Assembly (NCBI GenBank): GCA_976226885.1
Contig: OZ320316.1
Coordinates: 80,290,001 to 80,354,000, forward strand
Direction: 5' to 3'
From: Iphione sp. A-MEVVRFRX5
Taxonomy: Eukaryota
DNA: 64,000 nt
Both the position numbers and the translations under genes were made by a program. A model generated the notes under the pieces. The model saw nothing but the letters and a program-made list of their open reading frames with translations, was not told the DNA's origin and made no database searches. The first letter of the stretch is position 1. Each line of letters opens with the position of its first letter. Positions 38,207-50,734 of the stretch are shown one piece after another.

Positions 38207-39877
38207 TCACGTAGAGGTGGTGGGTACGGGAGGTTCGGCCGCCATGGGTAAACTCTCCCACAGAGGGGATATACACGGTGCTTCCAGCGGAGGCGTTTTG
38301 CCCAGTGTCCCATTCGCTACGTGCCAAGCGTAGAGTTTCCTGGTTGCTAGTGGCGTGTGGCCGTGCTTCATGGCATGGATCTGACCGCCCAAGTGGCCGA
38401 TACCAATGCCGGAGCTATCACTGCGGGCCGAGTCGCCGCGTTCTCGACCACCACCAGCCTCGATGAACGTTGCCGACCGGTGGTTGATGGACGGAAGGGA
38501 ACTTTGTCGGTATGGGCTCGGATGGATGCGTGGTAACGGCGATGCAGGCGAGGGCGACGGGGGTGGCAGCATCGTCACCGTCTCGTCCGTCGTCACGCCA
38601 CCGGAAGCGTCGGACCGCGCCAGAAGTGATCGTCGATTGGTTCGTGTCGCACTGCGAAGCCTTCGATGGTCTGTACCTGCGGACGGTCCCGCGGCAATAG
38701 GCAGTCTGTTCTGGAGTGGGCCACCATAGGACATCGAACCAGAGGCATTTCTGATATTGACATTGTCATAGGAGGCAGACTTGGGCTTGTAGAGAACACC
38801 AGGTTTGAGATCATCCATGGATGCTGATTTAACTCGCTGTAGTGACGTCGTACTCTGACTTGTAAATCTCTGCAGTCGCCGGGCTTGAAGTCGACTCTGC
38901 AGCGACCCGGCACCACTTTGGTAATGTTCCCCTGATTTGCAGGTGAGAACTGCAGACTGGATTTTTCTGTTGGCCTGCCGTTGTGCGTGAGCCTCTGGCT
39001 TCTCATCAATAACATCACCACTCCCCGATGCAAGCTGTCGTTTCGAGGTTTGCATATGCTTACCATGAATTTTCTTGGTTGTAGTATTTTCGCATGGCAC
39101 TATTACTTTGGAATTACCCTCACTAGTGTCTCTTTTATTCTTAATACTCTCCCGATTATTTCCTTGATAAGCTCCCGAGTCCTTGCTTACATTCTCCTTC
39201 GAAACCCTGTCGTTTTCTCCTTGCTCCTTTTCGGAACTCGGCTGTTCTCCTCCTCGATTTGAGGCGAATGCGCCAGACTGACCCCGCTTTCGGGGAGCAG
39301 GCTTTGGGGCCGTCGGGCTTGGCGTGCCCTGGATGCAAAGACCCCTACCCAGTGTCTTCATGGCTGGCGTTCCGAGGCGTCCAATATTATGGAACCCTTT
39401 GGTTAAGGATCCGAACGTCGAGAGACCGGGCGGATCTGCCGGACGCGAGCACGAGGCGGAGGTGGCCGGGCGCTGGGCTGGGGAGAGCCTGGAGGGAGCT
39501 GCTGGAGCGAACCCCTCGATGGACATGTCAGAGGTGTCCCCAACCAAGGTCTCAGGGTCGCACGGCACCAACTCCTCCAGGCGGGGACCGTAGTCAATGG
39601 GTATGAAGATAACTCGTACGAGCAGCTCATCCTCCGGGAAAGTCACCCTCTTACCTGATTTGCTCTCCCGCCGAATAAAAGAGAGTGAGTCATCGGTAAC
39701 CACCGAGAGGTTGTCCTCCGACGGGGGCGGTTGCTTCCAATTCTCCTCACTAGAAGAAGAAGCCTCGACAGTTTCAGTCTCATCCGAAATGTTGTCGTCA
39801 TCATGTGTAGGAGTTATTGGTGGAGTTGGGTCCAAATCATCAGACAGTAATTCGCCCATATCTTCATACAACTCCAT
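38207..39877 (-). CDS. Uncharacterised 556-aa Ser/Pro/Arg-rich, largely disordered protein with a putative PP1-docking RVxF motif; single coding exon as seen
   Basis: Longest ORF in the window, uninterrupted. The ORF track starts at GTG 39889, but the first ATG (39877) is in a good context (gccATGG); TGA at 38207-38209. Acidic N-terminus, KRVTFPEDELLVRVIFIP at residues 76-93, and a more ordered C-terminal segment RKLYAWHVANGTLGKTPPLEAPCISPLW. No family recognised; additional 5' exons are possible. Confidence 0.75.
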   Translation of the reverse strand: MELYEDMGELLSDDLDPTPPITPTHDDDNISDETETVEASSSSEENWKQPPPSEDNLSVVTDDSLSFIRRESKSGKRVTFPEDELLVRVIFIPIDYGPRLEELVPCDPETLVGDTSDMSIEGFAPAAPSRLSPAQRPATSASCSRPADPPGLSTFGSLTKGFHNIGRLGTPAMKTLGRGLCIQGTPSPTAPKPAPRKRGQSGAFASNRGGEQPSSEKEQGENDRVSKENVSKDSGAYQGNNRESIKNKRDTSEGNSKVIVPCENTTTKKIHGKHMQTSKRQLASGSGDVIDEKPEAHAQRQANRKIQSAVLTCKSGEHYQSGAGSLQSRLQARRLQRFTSQSTTSLQRVKSASMDDLKPGVLYKPKSASYDNVNIRNASGSMSYGGPLQNRLPIAAGPSAGTDHRRLRSATRTNRRSLLARSDASGGVTTDETVTMLPPPSPSPASPLPRIHPSPYRQSSLPSINHRSATFIEAGGGRERGDSARSDSSGIGIGHLGGQIHAMKHGHTPLATRKLYAWHVANGTLGKTPPLEAPCISPLWESLPMAAEPPVPTTST

Positions 39878-42800
39878 GGCAAGAAACACATTACCTTACA
39901 TCCTTCAGGTGTCACTATTGCTAGCAGAGGGGCTTCATAAGTGTAGTGTATATGAGCCGTTGTTTTCACACATGCACCTGTTGTTAGTTAATGTTTGGAG
40001 TCCAGTGAGTATATGTGGCCTGCAACGGTTTACGTTCGACTGCGCTCTATCGGATCACACTGGCCGCTTCAGTAAGGCTATGGGAAACTTAAAACCAGGT
40101 CAGACTTCAATATCCTTAACGTGCGGACGTGTGGATCCGATTCCTTCGCCAACAGCTCAATCGTGTCATAATACTGGGTAACCGGTATCAGCATTCCACC
40201 CATACTACGGTACCTCGCCCCACACTCCAAGCAACCTTTGATGCGCACCTACTGGAAGATCACATCAAGTGGTGTACTTTTTTCAAGTGTAGCAATATCA
40301 GTGTAGTCGAGCGAAGACCCAACATATATCTCGAGCCTAATTCGTAGTTGGATTGCAGTACATGTACTGAGTAGTGGGATCTGTGTTCTGGTAGTGGCGG
40401 CGGAGGTGGTCCTGGCGCAGCTGACGGGCGTGTGAAGTCTGCCACTTTGGCCTGCTAGCCTATTGGCATGTCAACGACAGTGTGGGCCTTCAGGGACCGC
40501 CCTGCCACCTCTACAATGTTCCTCCTGCCTGGTTGTGGCCGATAGCTCGCGGCGGCAGTCTGCTGTAGGAGCGAAGAGGACGTGTGTGTAGCGGGCCTTC
40601 CTAAATTCCTACCACCAACCAGCAAACATCAGTAGATGACCGCTGGGTCTTGATCCCAGCAGCCGTGCCCATTACCTACCGTTTGATCCGCACCTGATCC
40701 CGTCTTGATCCCTCAAATAGAGGGTTTGGGAAGTCGGTGGAGGGGCGCAATCGACGCAGGAGAGGGCTGCATCGGGGTCTGTAAGTGTCCTCGAGGGTAG
40801 TGGAGCATGGCCAGGAATGATGGTTGCAAGATCCTCCCAGGCTGACCCTGCCGGTCATTATTGTAATCAGTAGTGCCCATTCACGGCTATTAGGCGGCAT
40901 CCAAACAAACGGTAGCCAGACCTCTTCGTGGCTTTTAGGGCCACCACGAACTTGTTGGCATAAGGCATTCCCCGGTCATGCCTCCACATAATGCTTTACG
41001 TGGCGCACACAAAGCCGCGGCTTGGCCGCTGATTGGGAGCATAGCAGGCAGATTGCGGCCTAGCCAGACTTAAGTGGCAGGAGTTTATTATGATTCAAGC
41101 CCCAGTAATAAACCGTATCTAATGACTAACCATTTTAGGCATAGGCCATCCAATACCGGAGAGATATCACTTTATTGCTCGCATGTCGAGAATGTGACAT
41201 ACTTCGTACAATATTATGCACGGCCTCAACGATGGGTATTTGCGTTCCTCCTTAGAAGAGTACATTGTACTCACCAACCCACAAATCACGTATAACTGAT
41301 GATATCATATGGAAAGCCTGCTTGATGGGAGGCAGTGTTGGTTTGCAGGTGTATAGGGTCTTCTCACTGTCCCACTGAAAAAAAAACAATAAAACAATGC
41401 GTGAATTAAAAAGTACATGTGTATAGTATTTCTAAATGAGAGTACATGCATTGTGAAACAAATAGACTCTAAAATGCTAAATCGGTGAAAATTATAAAGA
41501 TGTAATCTTAAAGAAAATCAACACATTAATTAAGGCTGGCGAAAGATACACATATCATAGTCCCGTTTTCTTTTTATTTAAGTGAGTGAGTGGCAGAAAG
41601 GGCCGATTGGCACTTTATGTACATGTACGTGGTATCATTACGTAAGAATATAGGTAAATCGGTACGTTATTGTTTGCAAAGAATTAACGAGAAGCTGTGA
41701 ACAATAGACTTTCATACCCATGACGTAGGTTCTCTCATTATTGGTTAATACATTATACTCGTCGGAGGGGTCTGACCATTGTTTGAACAAGTCCGTTTCT
41801 TTGTCCCTTGTAGCCAGCAGGAAGAGTGCCTGTGACTTTATTCCGACTGCAACCATGTACAGCCACAAACTGACCCTATAGCACTGCCTCTTACAGGTAG
41901 GCAACTTACACGACTTCGGATGGATGCCAAATATGTCGAACTAATCTCTGTTAATTCCATCCGTATATATTGAATGTTGTCTTAACGTGCGAGACCTGGG
42001 TACGGCCCGTGGATTGTGAAGTGTTACTCTTCTCCCCAGTGCAAATATAACAATAATATAGCCGAAAGGAGGATGCCGATGTAGACATTGCGGGTTCAGT
42101 CTGACTATAGTGCAAGCATTTCCTACTCACATAGCCAAAGCTTGAACAGGGTAAGTACGTGTGTGTTTCTTCTCAACTCTATCCACTTATTTCTCCACTT
42201 AGGAACACAGTGCTAATTGCTCTCAGACCCCTGAAAAAGTTGTCATCGAAGGGTCTCAACAAAGGGGGTCTACAAGAAAGTTGCATTAGGTTTCCTTCCT
42301 GTTTTTTGCTGTGTACCGCGGATACCGCTTGTGGCACCTCTGGTTATCAACTAATGTACAGAGATAGTTATAGTCATGTGTATATGAATTGAATACATTT
42401 GTGTTTTTTCCAGCTGTAACTATGGCTGCGTGCAGTTTCATCAATATAGACTGGTTTGACCTGATGGATAAAGAGTGTATGTCATCGTCTTTTTTACAAG
42501 TGGTGCATATATTAATTTTCTACAGAAAACTGTGTTATCTTACCTTACTATGACAAAGAATTTGGCTGTTTTGTTCCTGATTTGTACATTTGAAGCTTTA
42601 AATAACACTCACACATCTCTACGTATATTGAAGCTATAATTACACTGTCCAAGACTAACAGAGCTTTGGCTGCTTACAGTCTCGGTTTTCCTTCTGTGCT
42701 GAAGACCTATGATTTCTGTCTTTGAGCTGATCGACAGATACTCCTTCCGAACGAATGTGTAAAACAACGAAGGGATACTTGGTTCTATGAAACTACTCCT

Positions 42801-44714
42801 AAAATGAACCTGTATACAATATGTACCTAGAGTGAACCATTGTTTACTAAATGGGGATCTTTTCAACCAAGTTTGTGTGGTTGATGTCTCAGATGTAAAG
42901 TTCATTTGCCCTTGTCCATTTGAATACAAATGAGCACATAACTTATATCTGTTTATATTGTATCTTTGATAGAAATCCAATAATTTTCCGAGAGACTGAA
43001 ATTAATGAAAACATGCCGATAGATACATCTCCATGACATTCAAATGATTCCGGAAACTTTCTGCAGCAAGCGATACAACGACATTCCTGACCCCCAGATT
43101 GGGCTTTGTGGTTATACTCATGTGATGTAGTAGTATGTAAGCATTCTAGGTACATCAAAGATGGATGGTCGGTTTAGGACATTACACACAAGTGTATTTT
43201 AAGGGACTTATGTACATGTGTATGAGCATCAGGGTCAGCATATTTACTTTGACTGCACATTAAGTTTACATGCCCTAAACGTTTCTTTGAAAGAAAGAGT
43301 AATAGGGCTTAAGCAAACCGCTCATATAGCAGAGCACCTATGCTATGAACGCCACCTAGTCAGGAGCTATTTCTAAGAAAGCCCTCTAGAAATGTTTTAA
43401 GGCATTTTGAAGTAGAATTCGGCATACAGGACAGTTGATTTTAAATAATTTGGATGTGCTGAATCCAAATCTGCTGTATGTCAAGCTGTAGAGAGCTAAA
43501 AATTGAAATGGCCACTAAATCAGCCATTAATGTTCATAAGTATTTAAATAAACACCCTAGAAATATGTGTGAATAGTCAAATTTGGTAAATGTGGGTCAA
43601 GGAATCATTCACAAAGTTATTGTGGCAATCTGATAATATCTTGACCATCAAATCCAATATGGGACTTTCCCCCTCAATTTCAGATGTGAAATTATCAATG
43701 ATACAAAGGCCATGTTTGGAATTGAAAGTAATAGCTACAAATTCCATAAAGAGGCCAAGGAGTCAAGAAAACAAAAGGGTATATTGTATGAAACAAGCAT
43801 GAGAGAAATGAACCTAATTTGTCAAAATACCTAAATTAACCAACATAGCAACAAAGAACCAGGCCACCGAATCCTTTGTGACAACAGTAAAAGTTAGCCA
43901 GGAACAGCTTATTTGCTTTGTTCAGTGGAGGTTGTTAACAGAGGAAGAAGGAAAATACCACAAACAATTTTATAAAATATATTTATAAAATATATTTAAG
44001 ATAAAAATATTTTATCTTTGCCAACCTTTATGCAATTGCAAAATTTTGTGAAACAGCAGTAACAGTGAGAGTTGACAGATCCAACCTGCAAAGGCTTACA
44101 TCTTCTGAAGCAGGGAGTCAAGTAGACCCAGCACAGCTACTAAGCCATGAACTTTTGTCTGTGCCTATTCTTCAATTGGGCATGACGTCACAGGTGCTGA
44201 TAAGATTGGTACCCTTAGTCAAATATAGGTCAGAGAGCCCAGTGTGGAGGTGAAAACAAGTGGACTTCTCTCTTTGAGTCATTGTACTATTTTGTCTGAT
44301 AATTATAATTTGGTATTGACTTCAATGCTAACTCTGACAGTATGATTAAGACACAAGTAGAACTACCTTAAGATGAAGTGCAAATGTCAAAATTATTATT
44401 GGTTTGTTTTTACCAGGCTTTAGAGTTCACATTAGAATATATAGAAACTCCCTGATTATCACCCACTTTTCACCTCTGTAGTATTTTTCCTGAATTATGA
44501 CTTTTAACAACGACTATAAATTTAGACACTAATCTGGCCATTTAGGTTAACCATAAATATATGTATATATCCCAAAGAATATAAAAGACACTTTAGAAAT
44601 CTGTACCAAAAAGGGTTTGACAGCCCATTGTTTACATCTTACTGGCCAAAAGTACCCGGATTCCCCACCAAGAATAGGCCTTTCTAAAATGAAATATACA
44701 TTGAGAACTGGATA

Positions 44715-45580
44715 TGTCACTTCCCATGGATGAACTGTGCAAATGAGTAACATTCAGTAAGAATGTTGCTGTCAAACCAGAATCAACTCTCTTACTAGAT
44801 GGTCAGGCTCTTGTGAATGCACTGGGAAGGTACAAAGCAGCAATTGCAAAACATTGGGAGAATTTTACTAGACATTTTGCAGATTATATATTCCAAGGGA
44901 AGTAATTATGAAAGGATTGATGTTGTCTTTGACAGATATGAAGCATCCTTAATCAAGGAAATGAGAAAAGGGAGAGAGGGGCTATCAAATCTGTAGAATA
45001 ATAGAGACACCAGAGATCCCTTTGCCACATGATTGGCAAGGAATTCTTTGTGATCCTTCTAACAAGGCTGAACATGCAAAACTATTGTCAAATGAAATAA
45101 TAAGGACTACTCCTGAACAGCATTGTGTAATCACAGCTGGAGGTTTGCAAGAATCTACAGGTGTTTCATGCAACAAGCAACAGGTAAATGTTGATACCTT
45201 AAAGAGTACATAAGGAGACAGGCACTCAAGTGATACTGCACTGTCTCCACCCAACATCACCTGAAATCACAGTGTGGTCATGGAATACAGATGTGTTGTT
45301 TTTCCTACTGGTATATTTTCCTAGTGGGAAAAAGTGTTTATGAAGGCAGGGACAAGCAGAAAACAGAAGTTCATCCCATTAAAGGATGTACTGAATAGCT
45401 GGAATCCCACCACCAGATGGAAAATCATAGAAAATGGCATGTAACCTGTGCTAATGACACATCAAGCAGTACCTGATTCATGCTTAGAATTGGTCAGATG
45501 CAACTGTACAAGATATGCCACCAGCCATTGTGGTTGCAGAAAATCTGGACTGAACTGCATAGGTTCTTGAAGATGTCATC
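44715..45580 (+). pseudogene. Frameshifted, stop-riddled C-terminal part of an Academ-type transposase (XPG/PIN-like nuclease region and Cys-rich CXC domain)
   Basis: In order across frames: LLDGQALVNALG, RIDVVFDRYEASLIKE, PLPHDWQGILCDPSNKAE, HKETGTQVILHC (decayed HEEADTRxxLH), NTDVLFFLL, VFMKAGTSRKQKFIPL, then W...PVLMTHQAVPDSCLELVRCNCTRYATSHCGCRKSGLNCIGS*RC. Confidence 0.8.
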
Positions 45581-45751
45581 AACATTTCTTGAAGTTTGAA
45601 GTTGAAGCTTTTATTTGTCATCTCCGTGTACAGAGCTCTACATGACTGAATGTATTGAAGAAGGAACAGGTTGACAGTTATTGACACAATAAAGATGATC
45701 ACAGACAATATCAGTGAATTTTACTGTCAGCATGTGTGATAGAAGTCCTTA

Positions 45752-46084
45752 GACCAAAAACATAGGTGTTTTTCTGGTTACGACCAGAATCCTAGGTAGG
45801 GAGGGGTGTCTGTTTTTCAACATTTTCCACTTTCTTCTTCTGGTTTTCAATAATAATAAAGATAATATAAAGAATTTTGACCAATTTGGATGAGTTTTAC
45901 AGTTTTTGCTGAATTTCCATGGGTTTTGTTGTTTGTCTACTGGATTTACCAAAAACATTTGCTGTGAAAACACATATCTTATTAAATTAAGCCTTGGAAA
46001 CTCTTTGGGAACAAAAACTATTTAGGTAGGGTAAGGTTTTACTAGGTGGGAGTGGGTAACCAGAAACACACCTATTTTTTTGCC
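45752..46084 (-). mobile_element. PIF/Harbinger-type MITE, copy 2, nested inside the Academ element
   Basis: Reverse-oriented match to 37639-37970, with TIRs GACCAAAAACATAGGTGTTTTTCTGG ... CCAGAAACACACCTATTTTTTTGCC. Flanks are TTA and TAA (one mismatch). Confidence 0.85.
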
Positions 46085-46629
46085 TAAAGGGAGTGCCTAC
46101 CTGAACTTCAAGCAATATAATTTCCCTCTTAACTCTCTTATTTAGTTTATACATGATGGTGAAAGCTCTCGCACATCATAGCTCAAAAGAGCACCACAGG
46201 CAAGCGTACACTTGGATAGTGAATCACAGTAAAGCAGCTGAGACTCCAGCAAAATTTACCATTCCTGGGTTCAATAGAACATCGTCCCCACAAATCAACC
46301 TAATTTACATCTCTGATACTTAGAAACTACTTATTCATCACAGCACACGTCACTTATGTATCACATCTGTCATCACCAGGATAATTGGGCACGAAAAACT
46401 GCATCACAGTAAAGCAACATGGGATACCATCTCCAACACGCTGGTGCAATCCTAACCATCTAGCATATATAATACATCCTTACTCAATTCATCACTAGCA
46501 TAATCTCATACGACAGCAGCAATTTTTTAAATTTCATTTCATTGTATCTTTTACCAGGAATATATTTACTTATCATCAGGACAGGGTTCTTCCTTATCTT
46601 CCTGGGATAGCATACTACCATCTATTATT

Positions 46630-46866
46630 GAGAATTGAGAAACCAGAATAACCAGGGTCATCCCCTACTCTTACTTTGAATAGGTTTCTGGGGGCTTCTT
46701 GTGCATAGGGGACAGAATTCTATATACCCACAGCCTTTTTATGAGATGTGGAACACTCTGGGTTGGGGCTACAGTAAATCTGTCTGGTTGTGACCAATAG
46801 TCCCAAGCCCAGCCTGTGACCTTTCAATCAGTTGACTAGTGCTCTACATGAGCTAACTCCCCACCC
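46630..46866 (-). mobile_element. Decayed tRNA-derived SINE nested inside the Academ element
   Basis: The - strand starts GGGGAGTTAGCTCATGTAGAGCAC...GGTCACAGG (A-box-like head with degraded B-box) and continues GCACAAGAAGCCCCCAGAAACCTATTCAAAGTAAGAGTAGGGG, which resembles metazoan SINE central-core sequences as I recall them. Family assignment is unverified. Confidence 0.5.
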
Positions 46867-49348
46867 ATTTGAGGCTGGGTACCAATGCAAAAGTTCTAGA
46901 TGATCCGTGCACAAACCTTTCACAACTGGCTTTTACCCAGTGACATTTTAAAACATAGATCAACTAGAGAGTCTTAGGAATAGTACATTTTGTCTACTAG
47001 ACTCTCTTCAAACTTAATATGGATAATTAAACGTCACCATACAGGAAATACATATTTTGAAACCAACAGAACAATACAATATCAGAACAACAGGGCCATG
47101 TGTACTCAGTTTTGTGCCAGAATATACAGTTTTTAAAGGATCTCTTTCTTGCAAGTGATTAATTTGGTAACCATTTTGTTTTTAGCTCTCTAGCACTAAA
47201 AACAAAAAATACAGTTTGACATACAGCAGATTTGGATTCAGCATACCCAAATTGTGTAAAATCGACTGTGTGACAAATTCTACTCTAAAATTCCCCAAAC
47301 TTCATCATTTTTTTAAAATGGCTCCTGACTAACCACAGATATGATAAAATACATGAAGAACATTTCAATAGAGTTATGAGATCACTTCTCTGTACTTTAT
47401 CGACATATGTATATGGCCTTCGGGAAAAGTACGCCTCAAAGAATCAGGTGTACATACCATAACCTTGGCTAAAATTGTGAGATGAACAGGGAGGGGCGGA
47501 CAAACGAAAACCTGGCTGCCTATGAATGATTAAAAGTACAGAGAATGTTTCATTCTGTATACAACATTTGTGCGAGCTAATCAAGCCTTCCCCCTGGTCG
47601 ATTTATAATCTAGAGGAAATCATTTTGTACTTCTTATCCATGGGGTGGACGCGCGGAAGTAAATACTGCATATGAATACAGTTGTACCTATAAATCAACC
47701 TATTGAAATTTCCTCTTATTTTTTTAGTTTTTTACGGGCAATCTGTGTCAAAAACATTGAATCAAATAAAGGTAGATTTCAGCAGAGTAGATTGTTTGTA
47801 TGTCAAAGCCAGCATTGTTGTAAACACCAATCAGCAATGGTTGTTTCTTTGCAATTCGCGTAAGAAAACAGCAGCTGATAGTTAATACTTGGCCTATGTT
47901 TATGAACGTTTCAAATTATATGAACCTATTTTGCTTCTCTTGAAAATTATATCTGTATGGCCCATTAAGTGCAAAGCGGTCAGGAAGTTCTATATATTCG
48001 CTGACACTGCAGCAGTGTAAAATATGATTTATTTAGAGAAATATAGCCAACTTTACTTTGGAAACTCCCTTTAATCGTCTAGTAAACACACGCAGGGGTC
48101 TCTTGCCCCCTAGCATGAACTGTAAAAGCCTATAGAGGTGTGCTGAACTCCGACAGGCCCAATACAAATTAAAAAGTAAATATTAATCCTAAACAGAACT
48201 TGAACCTCTCTATAATGTAAAGATTTCCGTGGTTTCCATGAGCAAGTCTGCCCACAGGCATTTGGTTCTTACCTTTTCATTTTCTCCTTCACGTATGCCA
48301 GTCGCATGCATGTATGGATTTTGAATTTGGTTTTGTTTCGTTTACATTGCTTTCTTAAACCTCAACCGCGATGGAAAGAACCCTTTCAAGGAGGATGTTT
48401 CTACATACTTCTGAAAGGACCTCTGCGTCTGGGAACATACCCTTTCCAATAATATTTACTTTTACCTTGACATTAAGAAGTGGCAAATTTGCTTTGAACT
48501 GTAAATGCCTGGCCACTCTGCAGAGAACGCGCAGGTGCTTCGCTCGATAAAAAGGACTATGAATCGCAGTAATGGCATACTTCTGACTAGTTCCTAAATG
48601 CATGATATATGTTAGCTTTATTAGGCCACCATATATGTGCATGTGTATGGAGAGACTTGGGATCGTCTTTTAGCAGTGCGCCTTCTGCACTGTTGGTATC
48701 TGGTCATCAAGTAATGATAAGTGATCGATGGTTCTGTTCCAATATGAAAAACAAAAATAGAGAGACTATGTTGCAGTTTAGGCATGTCAGAAATAACATT
48801 TTCAGGTCTGTCGTAGGAATCCCATTACATTCCCACAAATAACATCGTGGCAACATTGTGCTGATGCCGTAACGATATCGTGGCGATGTTGTAGTAATAT
48901 CAAAAGGATTGTTGCTGCTATTGCATCAAATAACCGCATGCCATCATCGGATGACATATGCCTTCAGTTTTTGTCTTCATTCCCTGTTTTGCTTGGATTA
49001 ATGCTATTTTCAATGTACCAAAGTATGGAAGAGTCAGCGCCAAGATGTGTATGTGTACAGAATGATTCTTGAATGCCCACTCAGCCTACTTTTTAATTTT
49101 GAACTGTGAGGACGTTATTAGAAGGTTATGTTATAGTCAAATGTTACAGTGCTACAATCTACATTTAATTAGCCAGTACCAAGAGTCCTTGATAAAGAGC
49201 TTTTGTATAAATATTTAAGGCCTAGATTTGGAGTTCTGGAATTAACTGGACCACAAGACAGACAAATAAATCATTTCACATAAAAGCCGTCGCTATAATG
49301 GATTATACCTAATTATATGCCTAATATTGCTCTTATGAAGCTATACGC

Positions 49349-50625
49349 AACGTTTATTTGATGACAGTGCATTTTAGCTTCCCCTCCCCCCATAGACCTT
49401 GTTCTACTTACATATGTTTGTAGTGATTTCTGAGTATTCCTTACGATTGTGAGACTGGACTTTACGTAACATCTCCCAGTTGTATTGTACATGTAGTTTG
49501 TTCCAATGTATACTGCCTCTGTATAGAGTGTTCGATTTAAAGCTCTCCTTCAATGGTTTCGACCTGGTAAGCGTCCAGTTCCGTTGCCTTCCCCTCTTGA
49601 TCACATAACCACCCCTTCACCCATCCCCCTTGTGCCAGCTTATATATAAGGTGTAAGATCTTCGTGTATCTCCTAAGTTTAAGCATTTCATACTTCGCAA
49701 TTGCCACACACTCGCTATTGATCCGCTCTCCTCCGGTCCATCTTTGTTCTTACCCTTCTGTAAAAGAGTGTCTTACAAAAGCACCTCCACTATTTTCAGT
49801 ACCTCTATTCCGTACACATTAATTGGAAAGTAACATGGTTCTATATTTTCTCCTTAGTGCACTGGGTGAGAATACCTTTTAACTTGAGCATATAGCAATT
49901 TTTTCCCATCGTCTGTAGATTCCATTTATATGTTCAACGAATGAAACAGTTTGGTCAGTGATCACACCTAGATACCTGAACGATGCTAGAGTTTAAATAG
50001 TTTTATTTCCCAGTGTTTGTGCGACATTTGTGCTGACTGGGAATTGTTAACTTTTTTGCAATTACATTCATCTTGCTTTTATCCTACCATTGTTTGATAC
50101 GATGCAAGTCTCCTTGTAGTTGGGGATTTACCTCGATTATAGTGCTTCTGTTGTTTACCGCTGCTATATAGTCTGCATTAAACATTACTCTAGTTTTATC
50201 ACACGCTTGTATGATCCCATTTATGAATATCCCCAAAAGCAGTAACCCACGTAGATCCCTGCGGTACGCCGGATCTTGATAGTTTCCAAACGGTTAAACA
50301 ACCGCTCACATTTGTCCTCTGGTATCGTCCCCTTAGGTGTTCTTCAAACCATGAAAACTCTTTTACAACCACGTGCCTCCAACTTTACCAATGATGGCAA
50401 GATGATTTATCGAATGGAAAGCTTTCGTATAATCTATGTAGGCAACTATTACTTTCTGTCCTCTGTTTAACCCCTTGTCTATGTGTAATAATAAGGCTGA
50501 TATAGAGTCTTGAATGGGTCTCCCTTTTCTGAATAGATATTAACTTGCAGTAAATAGCTGATTGCTTTATACGTAGTCATATGATTAGTTGTGGACCACT
50601 CGTTCCATCAAGTTTGAGAAAATGG
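49349..50625 (-). mobile_element. Decayed CR1/L2-like LINE fragment (reverse transcriptase and 3' end)
   Basis: Minus-strand relics in the expected order across stops and frameshifts: ERVVHN...FRKG, VAYIDYTKAFHSINH (DxxKAFD), SGVPQGS, FNAD (decayed FADD), FRYLGVITDQ, YRGSIHWNKL, then AAATAAACGTT at 49349-49359. Confidence 0.85.
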
Positions 50626-50734
50626 TCAGAACTCTGATCGGCCTATAATTCCCTATTTCATTGACGTTGACGTTGACGTTAGCTGTTTGGCATATTGAAG
50701 ATGCCGGGGCTTCGCCTATATGGCAGCCCAATTA

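Larger units (their letters stand above)
43357..47331 (+). mobile_element. Decayed, internally deleted Academ-type (XPG-domain, AcademX-like) DNA transposon with both ends and TSD
   Basis: Begins TAGTCAGGAGC (43357) and ends GCTCCTGACTA (47331). Imperfect TIRs of about 165 bp share TGCTGAATCCAAATCTGCTGTATGTCAA. ACC lies immediately outside both ends (43354-43356, 47332-47334), a 3-bp TSD. Internal transposase relics are present. Confidence 0.85.

Noticed and set aside
38278-39630. Several overlapping ORFs of 60-157 aa on both strands
   Set aside because: Shadows of the 556-aa ORF.
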